Source: Raillietiella orientalis
Lineage: Eukaryota
DNA length: 64,000 nt
Direction: 5' to 3'
NCBI GenBank assembly: GCA_036172245.1
Contig: JAYWIR010000026.1
Span: 806,001 to 870,000 of the forward strand
The translations under genes and the position numbers were made by a program. Shown here in pieces: positions 1 to 13,042 of this stretch. The number at the start of each line of letters is the position of its first letter. The stretch's first letter is position 1. The notes below the pieces were generated by a model that was not told where the DNA came from, made no database searches, and saw only the letters and a list, made by a program, of their open reading frames with translations.

Positions 1-1140
1 GCGAGCTTTTTCTCCATCCTGCTCTCTTTCTTTGATTTTTTGGCCGTAGCCACCTGCCACCCAGGCTCCTGGCTTGTTCCCTCGACTTGTTCGGCGCTGT
101 TCGCCGGGGTCTCGGGTGCGGCGTGGGCCTTGGGCGCGGGTGGCACAGCCTTCGCGGCAGCTTTCGCCGCCAGCCTTTTCTGCAGAAGCCGATCACGTTT
201 TTTAAGGTTTCTCTTGGAAACCACCCGCACTGCTGCTTTAGGGCACACCTCCTTCGTGTGTCCCATGGTTCCGCATACTTGGCACTGCACATGGGGACAC
301 CTTTTTTTGACGTGGCCCGACGTATTGCAGAAGCCACAGTATTTCGGCTTCCCTACATACCAGAGGTCGACGGTTTCGCCCTCGACCACCAGTTTGTGGG
401 GAAGAGTGCAGCCCTCCCGAACGGTCACGCGCGCAGCAGTGAGGCCGTGTTGCAGCCCCGTGTAGTCCTCGAAAGGACTTACTTTCGTCCACTGCGCGTG
501 GACCGTTCCGAACTGTTCCAAAGCGGCGCGAACCTGTTCTTTGCGCATTCGCGCGGTTACGCCTAACAGGTGGATCACCATGCTGCGGTCCGCCGTAGTG
601 GGGAGGAGCCTGCGCGTCCCCATCACAACGGGGGTTTTAAGCAGTCGTTGGGCCAGCTCTGCATGTCTGCAGATGACCTCAACGTACTGACCCCCGCTGC
701 GGATGGTCATAGCGCTAAGCTCCTCCTCTTTCACATCGAGAGCGCGCATGCCCTTCGAGAAGGCGCGCGCGCTCTCTAAAGAATATAAATTGCCTACCTT
801 GTAGAACAATGAGGGGTTGTACCCCTCCTCCACATAGGCCGACAATTCCGCCGCGGCTGCAGGCGATGGCGCCGACACAACGGCGCTCCACGCCCGCGCT
901 GCAGCGGGGATCGATTGTGTGGGGGCGGATGCCCCCACCTCCATCGCCTCCGGGGGCGACGTTGCCGCCGCCCCCTGGCTCTCCATCGCCTCTGGGGGCG
1001 GCGTTGCCGCTGCCCCCTGGCCATCCCTGGTGTTCGCGTCAGGCATCGCTGCCTGATCGACCACCGAACCACACGACGCTTGCACTGGGGAAGACTTCCT
1101 GGCACGAGGAGCACCGAGAAAACACGTCCACCCTGGAGCA
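1..1140 (-). mobile_element. Tx1/L1-type element, family D, 5' UTR and ORF1 (runs off window start)
   Basis: Near-identical reverse complement of 46418-47550. 5' end GGACGTGTTTT, ATG at 1046, two CCHC knuckles (CGFCNTSGH.../CQVCGTMGH...). Abuts host RT codons CACAAGGCGTTCGAC at 1141. Confidence 0.9.
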
Positions 1141-3136
1141 CACAAGGCGTTCGACTGTGTTCACCAAGAACTCCTCTCAAAGCTGCAGGGTTGCATGGTC
1201 TTCCCACCCTCCTTGATTTCCTACTTGCGCTCTTCCTGGTGAAACGCGATTATTACTATCTCTTTCAGTGGACAAAAGGTGTATGGCGTGTGGGTGCCGC
1301 GGGGCATAAGGCGGGGAGACAGACTCAGTCCCCTGCTCTTTATCACCTACTTTGAGTTGGTTCTGAGAGCGTATAGGATTACTTTGGCCCCCTTGCCGAG
1401 GTCGCGCCCGGCACGCCCTTCGTAGCAGCGTATGCCGACGATCTTCTCTTCTTGTTGCCGATGTCCACCCCGGCGAAGGCGGTCGGGGATTTCTTCGATC
1501 TGCTTAGCCGCGGGACCGGACTACAGGTTTACAGGGCGGAATCGTCGGTTGTTCCAAGAGGTGCGGCGTGGGCAGGGCAGCAGGACTGGGTACGTTTGGA
1601 GATCTCCACAGCCAGGTGCTTGAAGTGCCTTGGTGTGCGGTTGGGGGACTATTCCCCTGCGGAAGCGTGGTCTAGCTGCCTCCAAAAAGTCGAGACGACG
1701 ATCGGCCCGTTCTTGGAAGGAAAGTTTCACTTGCCTGAACGGGCCGCGCTTTGGAACGCTTTCGCAGCTTCCATCCTCCGCCCCTTGCATTTTGTTTGCC
1801 CCGCCCCCGTGAAATACCAGGAGCGAAGGAAGGACCTCCTTTGCATTGCCCCTTGGGGCAAGGGGAGGCCCCGAGTCCCTCTGAAGGACTTGTGCGCTCC
1901 GCGTCGGGACGGCGGTCTTGGCCTCCTGACGCAGCAGCGCGTGGAGAAACAGCTGCGATGGCGCACCCTCGCCCTCGCAGCGAAGCTATGGTGCAACCCT
2001 TGCTGCATTTCGGCCCGCCTCCTCGCCAGCCGTGTTTCCAGGTGCGAGGAACTCGCATCTTTTCTTCTGTGCCCCGGCCGGAAGATCAGAAGATGCGGCC
2101 TACTGCTTGGGCGCATGACAAGCTTGGCCATGGAGAAATGGTGGATGGCTTGCAGCCCCTGCGATCTCCTCCGCCTGGCTAAAGGAGACTGCTGGCACAT
2201 GGTGGAAGATAAACCTGTGAAGCGAAGATAATGGGAACTGCCGTTGAAACAGCAATTACTGCTGCCGCACTCTGCGGGAAATTCTGAAGTTCTCCGCGAG
2301 TTGGTAGTGGGCGTAAAGGACACCCCTCGTCACGGCGAGGCCCTTACTTAGGCGGGCGCTTTACGGAAGCCGGACACCATGGTGGCAGGTCTCTTACCGT
2401 ATCAAAGGCACCGAAAATAATATGAGCGGATGGACCATCAACGAGCTGGCCAATTCCACGACTTCGAGCGTCCACCCGCGTGGAATATTCAGATGAGGCG
2501 AGCTGCTCACCATCCCCAGGGATGAGCTGAAGTGGCCCCGGTATTCAATGAATTTAGGATCCTGCCCATTAAGTGGCAAAAGTCGGCGTTGTTGGTATTG
2601 CACTGTGGTCTTCCCTGCAACGCACGCCGCATCCACTAGATAAAGGGTGCTGTGGATCCTGCTTGTGCCAGGTGTGGGGAGCGGGATTCGCTCTCCCACC
2701 TGATTGTGGACTATTCTGCCCTCCGACCCCTTTGAGAACGGTTCTGGATGACCCTCGGGCTCCCTGCAGGCATCACTTGCAGAAACGTGGGGACATGGAT
2801 GAGAGATAAGTCATCCTGTATGCTGTAGGCTTTATGCGGAGAGCTGAGAGATGGCCCAAAATGGGAAGCATGCAGACGGACCTAGAGTGCTTCCTTCGAA
2901 GGAAGGGCACTCCCCAAAGCGAACAGTGCTAACATCCCTACCCTCCAGCTTCATTTTGCTTGTATATTTTTTTTATTTTTCCTTTTGTTTTTCCACATCT
3001 TCATTCGCTGTCGGATGGTGCCACGCCGGGCTGCGTCCCGGTGTCCCGGCAGGTTCAGTGTTTCCAGACGTGGTGGGGCCTCGTACCACGCATGTAGAGT
3101 TTGATCAATGAACGTCCCTGGCCGAAGCAGGAGGGG
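1141..3136 (+). mobile_element. Degenerate ORF2 3' half (RT to 3' UTR), family C/E-like
   Basis: HKAFDCV, RGIRRGD, AYADD, PRRDGGLG and C-terminal CARCGERDSLSHLIVD, with stops and frameshifts. T-rich 3' UTR and degenerate AATGAACGTCCC end. Confidence 0.9.
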
Positions 3137-4285
3137 TTCAGCCACCTGCACTTCCTCCTCCATGAAAATTGCCAGGTGCACGGTGTCGAGGAATAAGAGA
3201 TTTCCACCCTCGCGTCCCACGCCGCCGGCTTCCACCTTGGGGGTCGGTTCATATGCCTCCTCCTTAATCGGAATGCGCCTCCTGCGTTTCTAAGAATTGC
3301 GTCCCGTCTTCTTTGGTGGCGCCTCCGCTGAAGAGGACGCACTTCTGAAGTCCGGATAGGCCTAAAATGCATCCGGAGCCTTCCTCGCAGCCAACGTTCG
3401 TAAGGCTTTTCGAGAGTTCTTCTAGCGGCCTTGCAGTTCAGCCGAGAGTTCTTCAACCGCCTCCTGGAAGGCGGCCTCCTCGAGCGTGTCGAGCGCGGCT
3501 CGCGGTTCTCCCCCTGCTTCCCCAGATGGTTCGCCACCGACCGTCGCGGCTTCGTCAGACACGATGGGGGGGATTGCTCCCCCGGTGGCGGCATCGAGTG
3601 CCTCCTCACGCTCTAATGTCACCGAACACGCGCAAAGATTTGCGCGGTACGGTTTTTGGAGCTGCGTTTTTGTTTTCACCGCGTTTTCTTTGGGACTCAA
3701 GGGTTTTCTTCTTGGCTGTACCTTCCGCGAGCCTTAGCCGTTACCAGCTTCATCGGGTGTGCTCTAACCGAAGTTTGCTCGAATCGCTTAGGGACTGGCA
3801 TCTGGCTTTTTTAAACCTGTTTCAGGTTACTCTCCTCTCCCGTGCGTTTCCCCTTTGCCTTTTTGGCAGCGCGTGGGTCAGGGATTTCTGTTTTTGGGCA
3901 CACCTTGAGGATGTGGCCCTTATAGACACATAAGTGGCATTGGATGTTGGGGCACCGTTCTTCTAAGTGCCCTGTAGCATAGCAATGGCCACAATACTGG
4001 GCTTTCCCACGTACCAAACATCGACCTTTTCCTAGCCGATATTTAGTTTGTGGGGAAGCCCACCATTCTCTGGTAGTGCGACGCGCTTCCGCCTTCACAC
4101 TGGATAGCCTTCCGTACGTTCGGAAGGCATTGGGTTTGGCCCAGTACGCGTGCACACTATAATGTTTTGACAACTCCTCATGGACGCTGGTTTTGTCCAT
4201 ACGGAGTGTTACTCCCGTGAGGTGGACCACGACGGTGCAGTCCTCCGTCACAGGGAAGATCCAGCGGCCGTTCACGGTGATGGGG
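3137..4285 (-). mobile_element. ORF1 fragment, family F-like
   Basis: CGHCYATGHLEERCP..CHLCVYKGHILKVCP knuckles; nearly identical to 24862-25330. Confidence 0.88.
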
Positions 4286-4441
4286 TTTTTTCCCCCTACC
4301 CCATCCGTTGACCTGAAGTGTCAAGGCGGTCTTCGTACCGACCAGCCGACAGCACAAGGGAACTATTGGCCGCAGTGGGGCCTTGTACCTCAAATACTGT
4401 AAGCCTTTTTAAATAAAAGCCCCGGAATAACCGTGTGAAAA
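4286..4441 (+). mobile_element. 3' UTR/terminus of family B element
   Basis: Matches the reverse complement of 22971-23125; ends AATAAAAGCCCCGG..CCGTGTGAAAA. Confidence 0.85.
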
Positions 4442-6330
4442 CGTCGAACTGTACAGTGCGCAATACATTAGAGACGGCTGGCTTCAGCGGGAAGGCCACT
4501 CCGCGGGAGTGTTCCCCACTTGATCGCCAAAGTTGCCTCCCTCCTGTGAGCCTCTCGATCTTCTGAACGTCCTTTCTGAAAGCGTGTACCTCTTGGAGAA
4601 GTGCCATGTCGAAAGGTTGCAGGGTGTCGGCCACGCAAAGCCTCTTGCCTTCGTTACGCAGCCCGTTGACATTCCAAAAGTCTATACGCAACTTGCGGCA
4701 AGAGGCGATTCCGCGTATCATACTAATGATTTGTGGTGGCGATTTTGTTGCCGCTTACTGTTCGGGAGACGGCTGGTCGATGTCCAGCTGCATTGTCGGC
4801 GTTTCGGCTAGGGGCGAAACGTCAGCAGCTGGACTCAGGTCGATCGGGAGATCGGACCCGATGCTTTCCACGGAGGGATCACGCGACCTGGCGGACATGG
4901 CCTCCTCGTGCCCGAACTCATTTCCTTTACCTCAGCCTCAGGGAAAACGACTGGCACAGGGTTGCGGGACTTCCGGATCGCCTTCCTCTTCGGGAGGGCG
5001 ACAGCGGGAGCGCATCCAGTTTCCGTTTCCGACTCGGAACTTTCCGATCTTATGGTTTCGTCTGGGCGTCTCACGGCCTTCTTTGCAGCCTTAGGCGCCT
5101 GCATTAAGGTGGCCGCGATTTCTTCCTAAGCTTTCGCAGAGCTCTTCTGTCGCTGCTGCTTCTGTCCTTGCCGCTGGTTTCCTGCGTCGGTTCCGCGGCT
5201 TCGGCGACGGTTGTGGGTTTCTCGTTCGACGATCGACGCTCGATTGAAGGAGGTCGATCAATTGTAACGCGGCGTTCCCTTAACTCCTAGCAGGGCGGGA
5301 TTTTCTTTTGCCTTTCGCGGGTTTCCTCGGAACGCTCGCGTTCCCATTTAATTATATTTGTTGGGGTTTCTTGGTTTTGGTTTTGGACTTCTTTTGATTT
5401 TTTATTGATGACCCTTTTCCAGCATTTTTCGTCCGCAGAAGGCTTATAAGTTTCCTTTTGAGAATTCTGGTCATTCTGCACGACTTCTTCTGAAGTTATC
5501 TGGAGATCGCGTTGTATTTTCTTTTCCGCCTTCTTCATCTCTCCCTGTATTTTAATGGTTTTCGGCCTTAGAGCTGCGTATTTCCGGAACACGACGCTAG
5601 TGTGACCCTTCCCGTTGCATAATGGACATTTGGGTTTGTAGAGAATTCCGATGCATTCGCGGAGAGTTACGCGAGCTTCAAGTCGCCCAATAAATGCACC
5701 TCGATATGTAAAGGCGTTGGAACTGCTTCACATCGCGTATATCTCCGCGAATTTGTTCATTTTGGTGCGGAAGACTTCCTCGCTCATCGGCATAGTTGTA
5801 CCTGTAAGGTGGATCACTACTGTGTGATTCACCGTGTGTGGGAGGAGATTGCGTCCTTCAAAAGGAACGGGTGCGCGGAGCAGTATGTTCGGGAGCGCTG
5901 GATCTCTGGAGATCAGCTCCGAGAACTGCCCACCGCTCCGAACCTAAAAGCACAAAATCTCCTCATCTGTGATACTCATTCTACTGATGGCGTTGCCGAA
6001 TCACCGCGTTTTAAACGGAGAATATGAATTACCTACCTTATAAAGGAGGGCAGAGTTGTTAGTCTCCTCAAAGTAGGCGTGTACTTCAGCAGCCACGTCC
6101 GGCGGCGCCGCCGCGGTTACTTTCTTCCATGGCTTCGCCGGGGCGGCGGAGGCAGATTTTGTGATGGGACTTGACCCCACCTCCATGGATTGGGGTAACC
6201 AGGGCCCCACACCCCTCGTCGCAGGTGCTGCGGCGTCTTCAGGCATTGCTGTCTTCCAATGGCCGCTCATCCACAACCAAGGAAACTGCTTTTTTGTTTT
6301 CGCTCTCAGGAGCCCAGGAAAAATGCGTGC
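4442..6330 (-). mobile_element. Old element, family H: 5' UTR, decayed ORF1, start of endonuclease
   Basis: LLYKVGN, CPLCNGKGH, WNVNG..LLQEVH..GVAF with several stops; interrupted at TTCGACG by family B. Confidence 0.85.
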
Positions 6331-8350
6331 GACCCTCAGCAAGTTGAGCTGCATATATTCGGATGATCATAAATCAGCCAGCGTCATGCTGCAGGAGGAA
6401 CTCGAACCCCTGACGCATTTTTCATCACTTGTTGTGGATTCTAGCCCAGTATTGAAACCTAAGTAGCTTGATATTGCTACACCCCCAAAATACCTTATCC
6501 ACGTGGCCGTGTGCGTAGGCACCGCAATTTCACATGATCGAGTTCTCTTCGTGTCATCCGATTATAATCCTTATGGACTAGGCACCTCTCAGTAAGAGCG
6601 AAGGAATCGCCGGATGAGAAGCGACGCCTTTCCGAGCTGCAACAGGTGCTACCCGTTTCTTCTATCAAGAGAACGTGGCCTCAAATCCAGCATACCACGC
6701 AGTCTCCTTCACGGCGCTCATCGAAAGCCCCAAGGCGCCAGTTTGTTTCAGGCAGCCAGCAGCGTTTTGAATCCGGTCAAGGAAGACGTGAGCCATATAC
6801 AGAGTGAGTGGTTCACGGAGAAGAATGGAGCCGAGATGAAGGTTAAACCCTTATGAAATGCTGATGTGCGTTTGCATCGAATGGGGAGATATAGATCTCC
6901 CTTTTGCTCATAAGTGCTACGGAATAGCCATCACGAATACACTCCTGTCCGTGGAAATTCAAGTGGCACACGAGTGCCCATTGTCCATGCAGTGGATGGA
7001 TGGTGGCTCGAGAGTCATGAGATGGAAGCCTTGCACTGGAAGCTCTGCGGAAACGGAAGAAAATGGAGTCTGTGTTTAGCAGACAAGGCTATAATTCCAC
7101 CTCGCTCGGTCCATCACGGTATCCAAGCTGCTCCTCTAATCTTTCAAGTCTCAATCTGCATCTAAGAGTGGCTGCCATGTATCAAATTCGTACAAGTACG
7201 AAAAAATATTCTTCTGCGCATCCTCTTCTGCCTACTTTATAGAAAAGGTAGGCGGCAGACGTCTCTACAGAATGGAAGAGCTTCAGGCTTTATGAGCTTA
7301 GTCGATGTGCTTGAGATTCGCCTGATTTCAAGTCTTCCAATCACAGCCTTTTGCCCACCTTTATTGCACCCTCGAATTTCGATAAAAGGAAAACACTGAG
7401 TGTACGGAAATCAAAGTGCGTTTGGCAATTAGCCCACACCGCTTCATACAGGTCGAAGAAATTGCGTGTTCACCGCTGCGGATGCTGAGCACGATTGCGA
7501 ATCACGAAAAAGATTTCTTCTCCTCTGCACGCACTAGGAATGGCGAAGCAAAGATGCAAACAAACCGCCATCTCATAGCATCCGATGAAGAAGTACAGTT
7601 GAAACAATGAATACCGTAAAAGCGCGAATTTCATTGCAAAAAAACACAGCGTGAGATGACAGCTTCTTCTTCTGTCACTGCTTCTGCTACAAAGTCGCAC
7701 TGCCGTTTCCGATCACTGAAAATAAATGTAAGAATATTCTTTGGAAGGGAAAGTCAACGTGTATGACTGACTGTGCACCTCATCCAGCGATTGATCCCTG
7801 AATCAATGGATGGTGGGGGAACGGTTTTGCAGGACACTGGATCATTGGGTCGACAACATATGCCAACAACCAAAGGCATCAGCGAATCGTGAATAGGGTG
7901 GTCAAAGATCCAAACGATTGACCGGCTTTGTCGTAAGGTGATCTTCAAGTAATGCTAGTATACTTATGAGAAAACATCAAGGCATCTTCGCAAAGTGACT
8001 CTAAATTGCTATTCACAAAAGGGTCCCATGGAACCGTCTAACTTCGAAAAGATGCTGTGTAACTACATCAGAGAAAATTCACTTTTACACCCTGACACAC
8101 CATTGTAACAGAAAAAGAGAAAAAAAGTGATGGCTGTATTTTTTCTCATCTGAAGAGCCGAAGAATAGCAACACTTTATTTCACGTCATATTGTCATTTG
8201 GACGCCTGAGTTTCTCTGAATGTAACCCAGCAGCTTACGTTGGAGGGAAACTCGCACGACAGTATGAGTGGTGTTTTTACTTCAATATCCTCATTCTCCA
8301 TTTGCAAATATCTGTAAAAATGTACAGATAAGAACGATGCATACTCCTAT

Positions 8351-9170
8351 TCAGAGGGGTAGCAGCAATCTCCAGAGTAGTTTAATTTCGGAAATGGACT
8401 GCAAAGAGCATTTAAGCAGCTTCCGTATCAACTCTGCATTCCAAGCACAAAGGGCCGTTGCTAGTAGAGCGGAAATCTCAATTGAGAGGCTGGACGAAGA
8501 TCTCTCTGAAGAGCACCAGGAAGAATAGATTTGACAAGACGTTTGCGCAGACACGATAAACCACACGCGATTACCGATCAGAAAAAGAGGATTGCTCAGA
8601 AGAACATTCAAAATTCAGATTGTGTTGCCGATTGTTCCCGATTGTGTGCACAGCCCGCTTGAGAGTAGGCACCAATGAACCAACTCAGGAAGAAGAAAAT
8701 GAAAAAATTCCTTACGTAGAAACAATTAGAGTGCACCCGCATTCCTTGTAGCCTCCAAAGAAGTGCAGCATCACAGAGCGTTCCCTTCCACTCAAAGTCT
8801 GAAAGAACCCAGAAGGCATATCCACAAGTTAATCGCTTCTCACCGTCGCAATTATAGAGCAGTTTACTTTTCCAGATACCAGAGTAGGCTTTGGACCCCA
8901 TCCTTCGCTACAATTAATCCTACGATGATCAGCCATTTCTCGAACGGCGGGATTCTCCAGGACGAGTAAACATTCTCCAGAAAGTTCAAGAAATGTCAGT
9001 AGATCCCAAGCAGAACGCACTAGCGAGTCAACCTCGAAAGTCTCGCCGTGCTTTGAAGGGAAACCAACCACAACCACTACCAGCAGCAGCCACTGAAACA
9101 AACGACACCACTAAATGGAAGTCTTGCAAAAGGGGGAGCGACTGGCCAACTCGACTTGCGACACCGCCAT
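8351..9170 (-). CDS. Predicted spliced small secreted Cys-containing protein, paralog 2 (possibly truncated or a pseudogene)
   Basis: Mirror of the 32342-33161 model: MA|WLLLVVVVVGFP..SGECLLVL..|TLSGRERSVMLHF..CGC|. Intron phases 0,0,2 match paralog 1. In-frame TGA at 8615-8617. Confidence 0.45.
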
Positions 9171-11226
9171 TGACCCGAAATTGCGGGATCTCTAAGAAAC
9201 TTCCATCCAATCGGAATAAAGTGGAAAACCGCGGGTCAAGCGCAACCTCGTGTCCTCCATACACCAATCGATTGCGCATTCTGAATAGCAAGAGGGATCC
9301 GAATTGAGACACCCGGCCTGTATGAAGGAGCAGTCGACAGCGCCAATGTTCTGGGGAGAAAGGAACGGCCACCCAATGGGCGCTCCTTCTCGCACGAGTC
9401 GCTTCTTTCGGAAAAGGGCACCCACAGCGCCGTGATCGCGGACCATCTCGGAAGAACCACCTCTGCAACTGCGTGCTAGGAGTAACGGAATGCGCAAACA
9501 TCCTCACCGTACGCGGGTTCGGGACGAGCATTCCGCCTGAAACCTTCTGCTTCGTGTCCCGGTGTTTCCTGGAGCCATCCATGCTGGACAAGATTCCGAA
9601 GAGACAAGGAAGAGAACTGAAGCTTGCTTTCCTATGCGCAGGTCTTCCAATTGCTGCAAGAAGTCTTGCCAGCTCACCGCCAACGGATGTTATGCGAGAT
9701 ATTCGAGCCACTTGTGTGCAAGTCGTCGATCAACAAGGCGTGCGTGACTTTCTGCTTCATGTGGTGCGGTCTACGATGGGATTCCTTGAGCTCGTGAGTG
9801 CGCGCAGCGAAAAAGGTATAAATTGAATCACAAGCGGCTGCAAATGTTCTCGACAGTCGCAGGTACGAAGGAAAGCAATTTTTAGGAAATGGGAAAATCA
9901 TAGCACAGCAATCGTTCGTGCCGTGTGCAGCAAAAAAATAAAGCGGCTCCCTTCTACAGAGGTGAGGACAGGTGATCCATATGTGTTTGCAACAAATCAC
10001 TAAGGCTGCCATCCGCCCTTTCTGCTGCGAACGATTGCAGTGGGCGCGCTGTCGGCACGGCGAAATCGGAGACTGCGAGTGGAAAGTCCGTTTGCTTGGA
10101 GTCTCAGCTTTGCTTTCCAGCAGAGAGAATACACAGCTTCCCTGCTCTTTCCCTTGCTGATGGCAAGTGGCCGTATGCGGACGCGTATTCAAAACTTAGT
10201 TTTCTTCTCTTCACCTCGGGAAAATAGCATTTGCGGGGTGTATGCTGAGGTTGTTGGTCGACACTCGGAGCAGGGAAGAGTGCTCGCGACGCTTTGACTT
10301 GCAATGACTGGAAGACGGTCAAGTTCTACTCAAAAATAAATCTTCTGCAGCACTGCTTACTCGAACGGATGGACCGTTGCACATTTCTTTTTTCAGGAAT
10401 CTCTCAAGCTCGATTTCAGGGCGCTTCTCCTTCTTCAAGCACGTTTTCCTCCTTGATCGCTGAGGAAGAGATTGTCATCTTTGATGAAATCGGGACACCG
10501 GAGATGCATACGGCTCCTCAGGTGCAGACCAGTGTCATAGGGCACCCTGTGAATCACGTGTCCCCTCATCGTTTGAACTTTACAGTAGGCATCCGGAAAT
10601 GTAAGAGCACGCAGTAGCTTGACGGCCGCAACAGTTTGCCTCGAGTTTCTCCTTCGTAACACTGAGCATTTTGCTACTGTGTGCTCAGGTCCTTCATGCA
10701 CATGGTATTGGCTCTATCAATACAGAATTTATAGCCTGTCACTGCGCTGATGAATTCGAACGTGATCTGAAGCCGGAAACAGATTGCTTAACGTTAGTGG
10801 AAGCCGAAGCTATTCTTACTGCCTGTAGTGCAGGCTGTCCCCCAGGTGTGACGTCCACTGGATGGACCCTCCCCTAGTGTTACCGGGCCCCACCTGCTGG
10901 CAAACTGTAAACTCCCGCAGCAAAGGCAAGATTGTGTACTCACCAAGCACTTCTTGTGCACACAACTGCTTTCTCGATCCCTGAAAGACTTTACTTCCCG
11001 TGAACAATTGAAACTTTCTTCTGCATTCCATCTCAACTCTCCTTCCGGATGACTGTTCTTTTATACATCAGCAAAACTCTTCGATTCGTGGATAGTCTGC
11101 CTCCTGTTCCCACTACGTCTTTGCTTGCTGCAGGGCTCTTCGGAATTTCAGGCATTGCAGTCCTGATTCGGGGCACCCTTTGAGCACTTAGGGTCCTCAC
11201 ACTGCCTCACTTGCATTCATCCTGCA

Positions 11227-11874
11227 CTATAACCGTTGCATTTTTGTGGAAGTCCTTTCATAAGTTCTCTTGTTATTCTTGTATGCGCCGTCAAACAGTC
11301 CGAAGTACACCATTGATGGCAAGCTTCCAATTGTGATCAATATTTCCCGTTTAGATGGAAAGCTCACATCAACATTATGTGACCTACAGTTTTTGTGCAT
11401 GAATGTCTTGAGAACACTTTCACTTCTCGGATAGGCATTCTCGACGATGAACATCCCTTTCAGTGAAATGGCGATGTCCATTCTGCCGGTTTGTCTGGCG
11501 TTATGCCAAGCATTTTCAATAATTTGGATCCTTTCTATCGAAAAGTGATTCTGAAAATCAGTATTTGAGATCAGATTTTCTCTTCGAAAGAAGTGCATCT
11601 GGGTGAGAATTCGGTGAAACACGTGCTCAGCATACCGTGACCTGAGGAAGCACGTAAGATCCTGACCTTCGAACAATGATATCACCGTATTGCTGCTCCC
11701 TCGCAAACAGTTCGTAGTTTGAGAAATACTTTTTTACTGATAACGGCGCTGAAGATATCCTGAGGATCTCCTCAGCATCGCGGATTGCTCTGAAACGGAG
11801 AAGGGAGGTGAACACAGATTCGCATTCTCCGTTCTCTCTGCGTCCGTATGCAATCGCTCTCCACGTTGGCGCTT
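11227..11874 (-). CDS. Putative exons of an unidentified gene or pseudogene
   Basis: Two overlapping ORFs (11627..12016, 11227..11706) can be joined in frame by a 91-nt GT..TTTTCAG intron (...SGSYVLPQ|NHFSIERIQ...). No family recognised. Confidence 0.33.
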
Positions 11875-13042
11875 CTGGTAAGAAACTGGAGATCATCGCC
11901 CGCATTGCTCGAGTTTCGCTCCGTCGTTTGTGGGTTGCAACCGGCACACCAGCTGACCTCAGATTGAAAAATTGAGTCGCACGCGGATTTCGTTCGGTGC
12001 CTGTCCAGCCTTCCAACTTCCATCAGCAAAATTGCGTCAATTTTTACATTTCCTTTGTACATTTCAAAAGAACGTCAACCTTTACATATTAGTCGTACAT
12101 TTCTTTTTGTCTTAACAGCTCGATAGGGATTTGCCGCCCAGCTGCTCATCTCTCTCTTTTGCAATCCTGATTTTCTTTTTTCATATTCAGCAATCTGCAT
12201 GCCTAATGGCGTGCATAAAAGTCGCCTCGTTGAATTGATCACTTTCTTCGCTTTCAGTTGCGAGTAGAAATACTATTGTTCTTCCCTTTTCCGACTTTTG
12301 AGCCAATTCAAGAAAGGTCGGTGCCTCCAATCCAAAGGAAGGCTGCAAAGTTCCTCCCGAGAAGATACCTTTCTTCGAATTGAACAAAAATGCTACCACG
12401 TAGGAGGGATGTTCTCGAAGGTTCTCTTCCACGGGTACAAAGCAGATTAAAGGAAAGGTGGTTGGAATCTGCAAAAATCACGCACGCCTTGTTGTTCGAC
12501 GACTTGCAGTCAAGTGGCTCAAACATCTCGCACAATATGCGTTGGCAGTGGGCTGGTAGCACCTCTTGCAGCAATTGGAAGATCTGCGCAGAGGAAAGAA
12601 AGCTTCAGTCTCCTACTTTGTCTCTTTGGCATTCTGTGCAGCATGGATGGACCCAGGAAACACCAGGACACGAAGCAGAAGGTTTCAGGCGGAATGCTCG
12701 TCCCGAACTTGCGTATGGTAAGGATTTTTGTGCTTTCTGTAACTTCAACCCCGCTGTTGGAGAGGAGGTTCTTCCGAGATGATCTGCATGACGACGGTGT
12801 GAGTGCCCTCTTCCGATAGAAGCGACTCGTGCGAGGAGGAACTCCAATAAATTCGCTGTTCCTTTCCCCCCGGAAAGTTGGCCAGTCGGCTGCAGGCCGC
12901 GTATCCCCAACCGAATGTCATTTGCTGTTTCGAATGTGCAATCGAATGGCGGATGAATTGGACGGATTTGCGATAGGCCCGCTGTTCCTCACTTTATTCC
13001 GGCGGGATGAAAGTTTTCCAGAGATCCCGAAATTTCGGGACA

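Noticed and set aside
6450..8300. Short ORFs in the outer core as genes
   Set aside because: No recognisable domains and no consistent exon chain could be built by eye.
11227..11874. Resemblance to galactosyltransferase (QYGDII) or HATPase (IIENA) motifs
   Set aside because: Only a few residues match and the flanking family motifs are absent.
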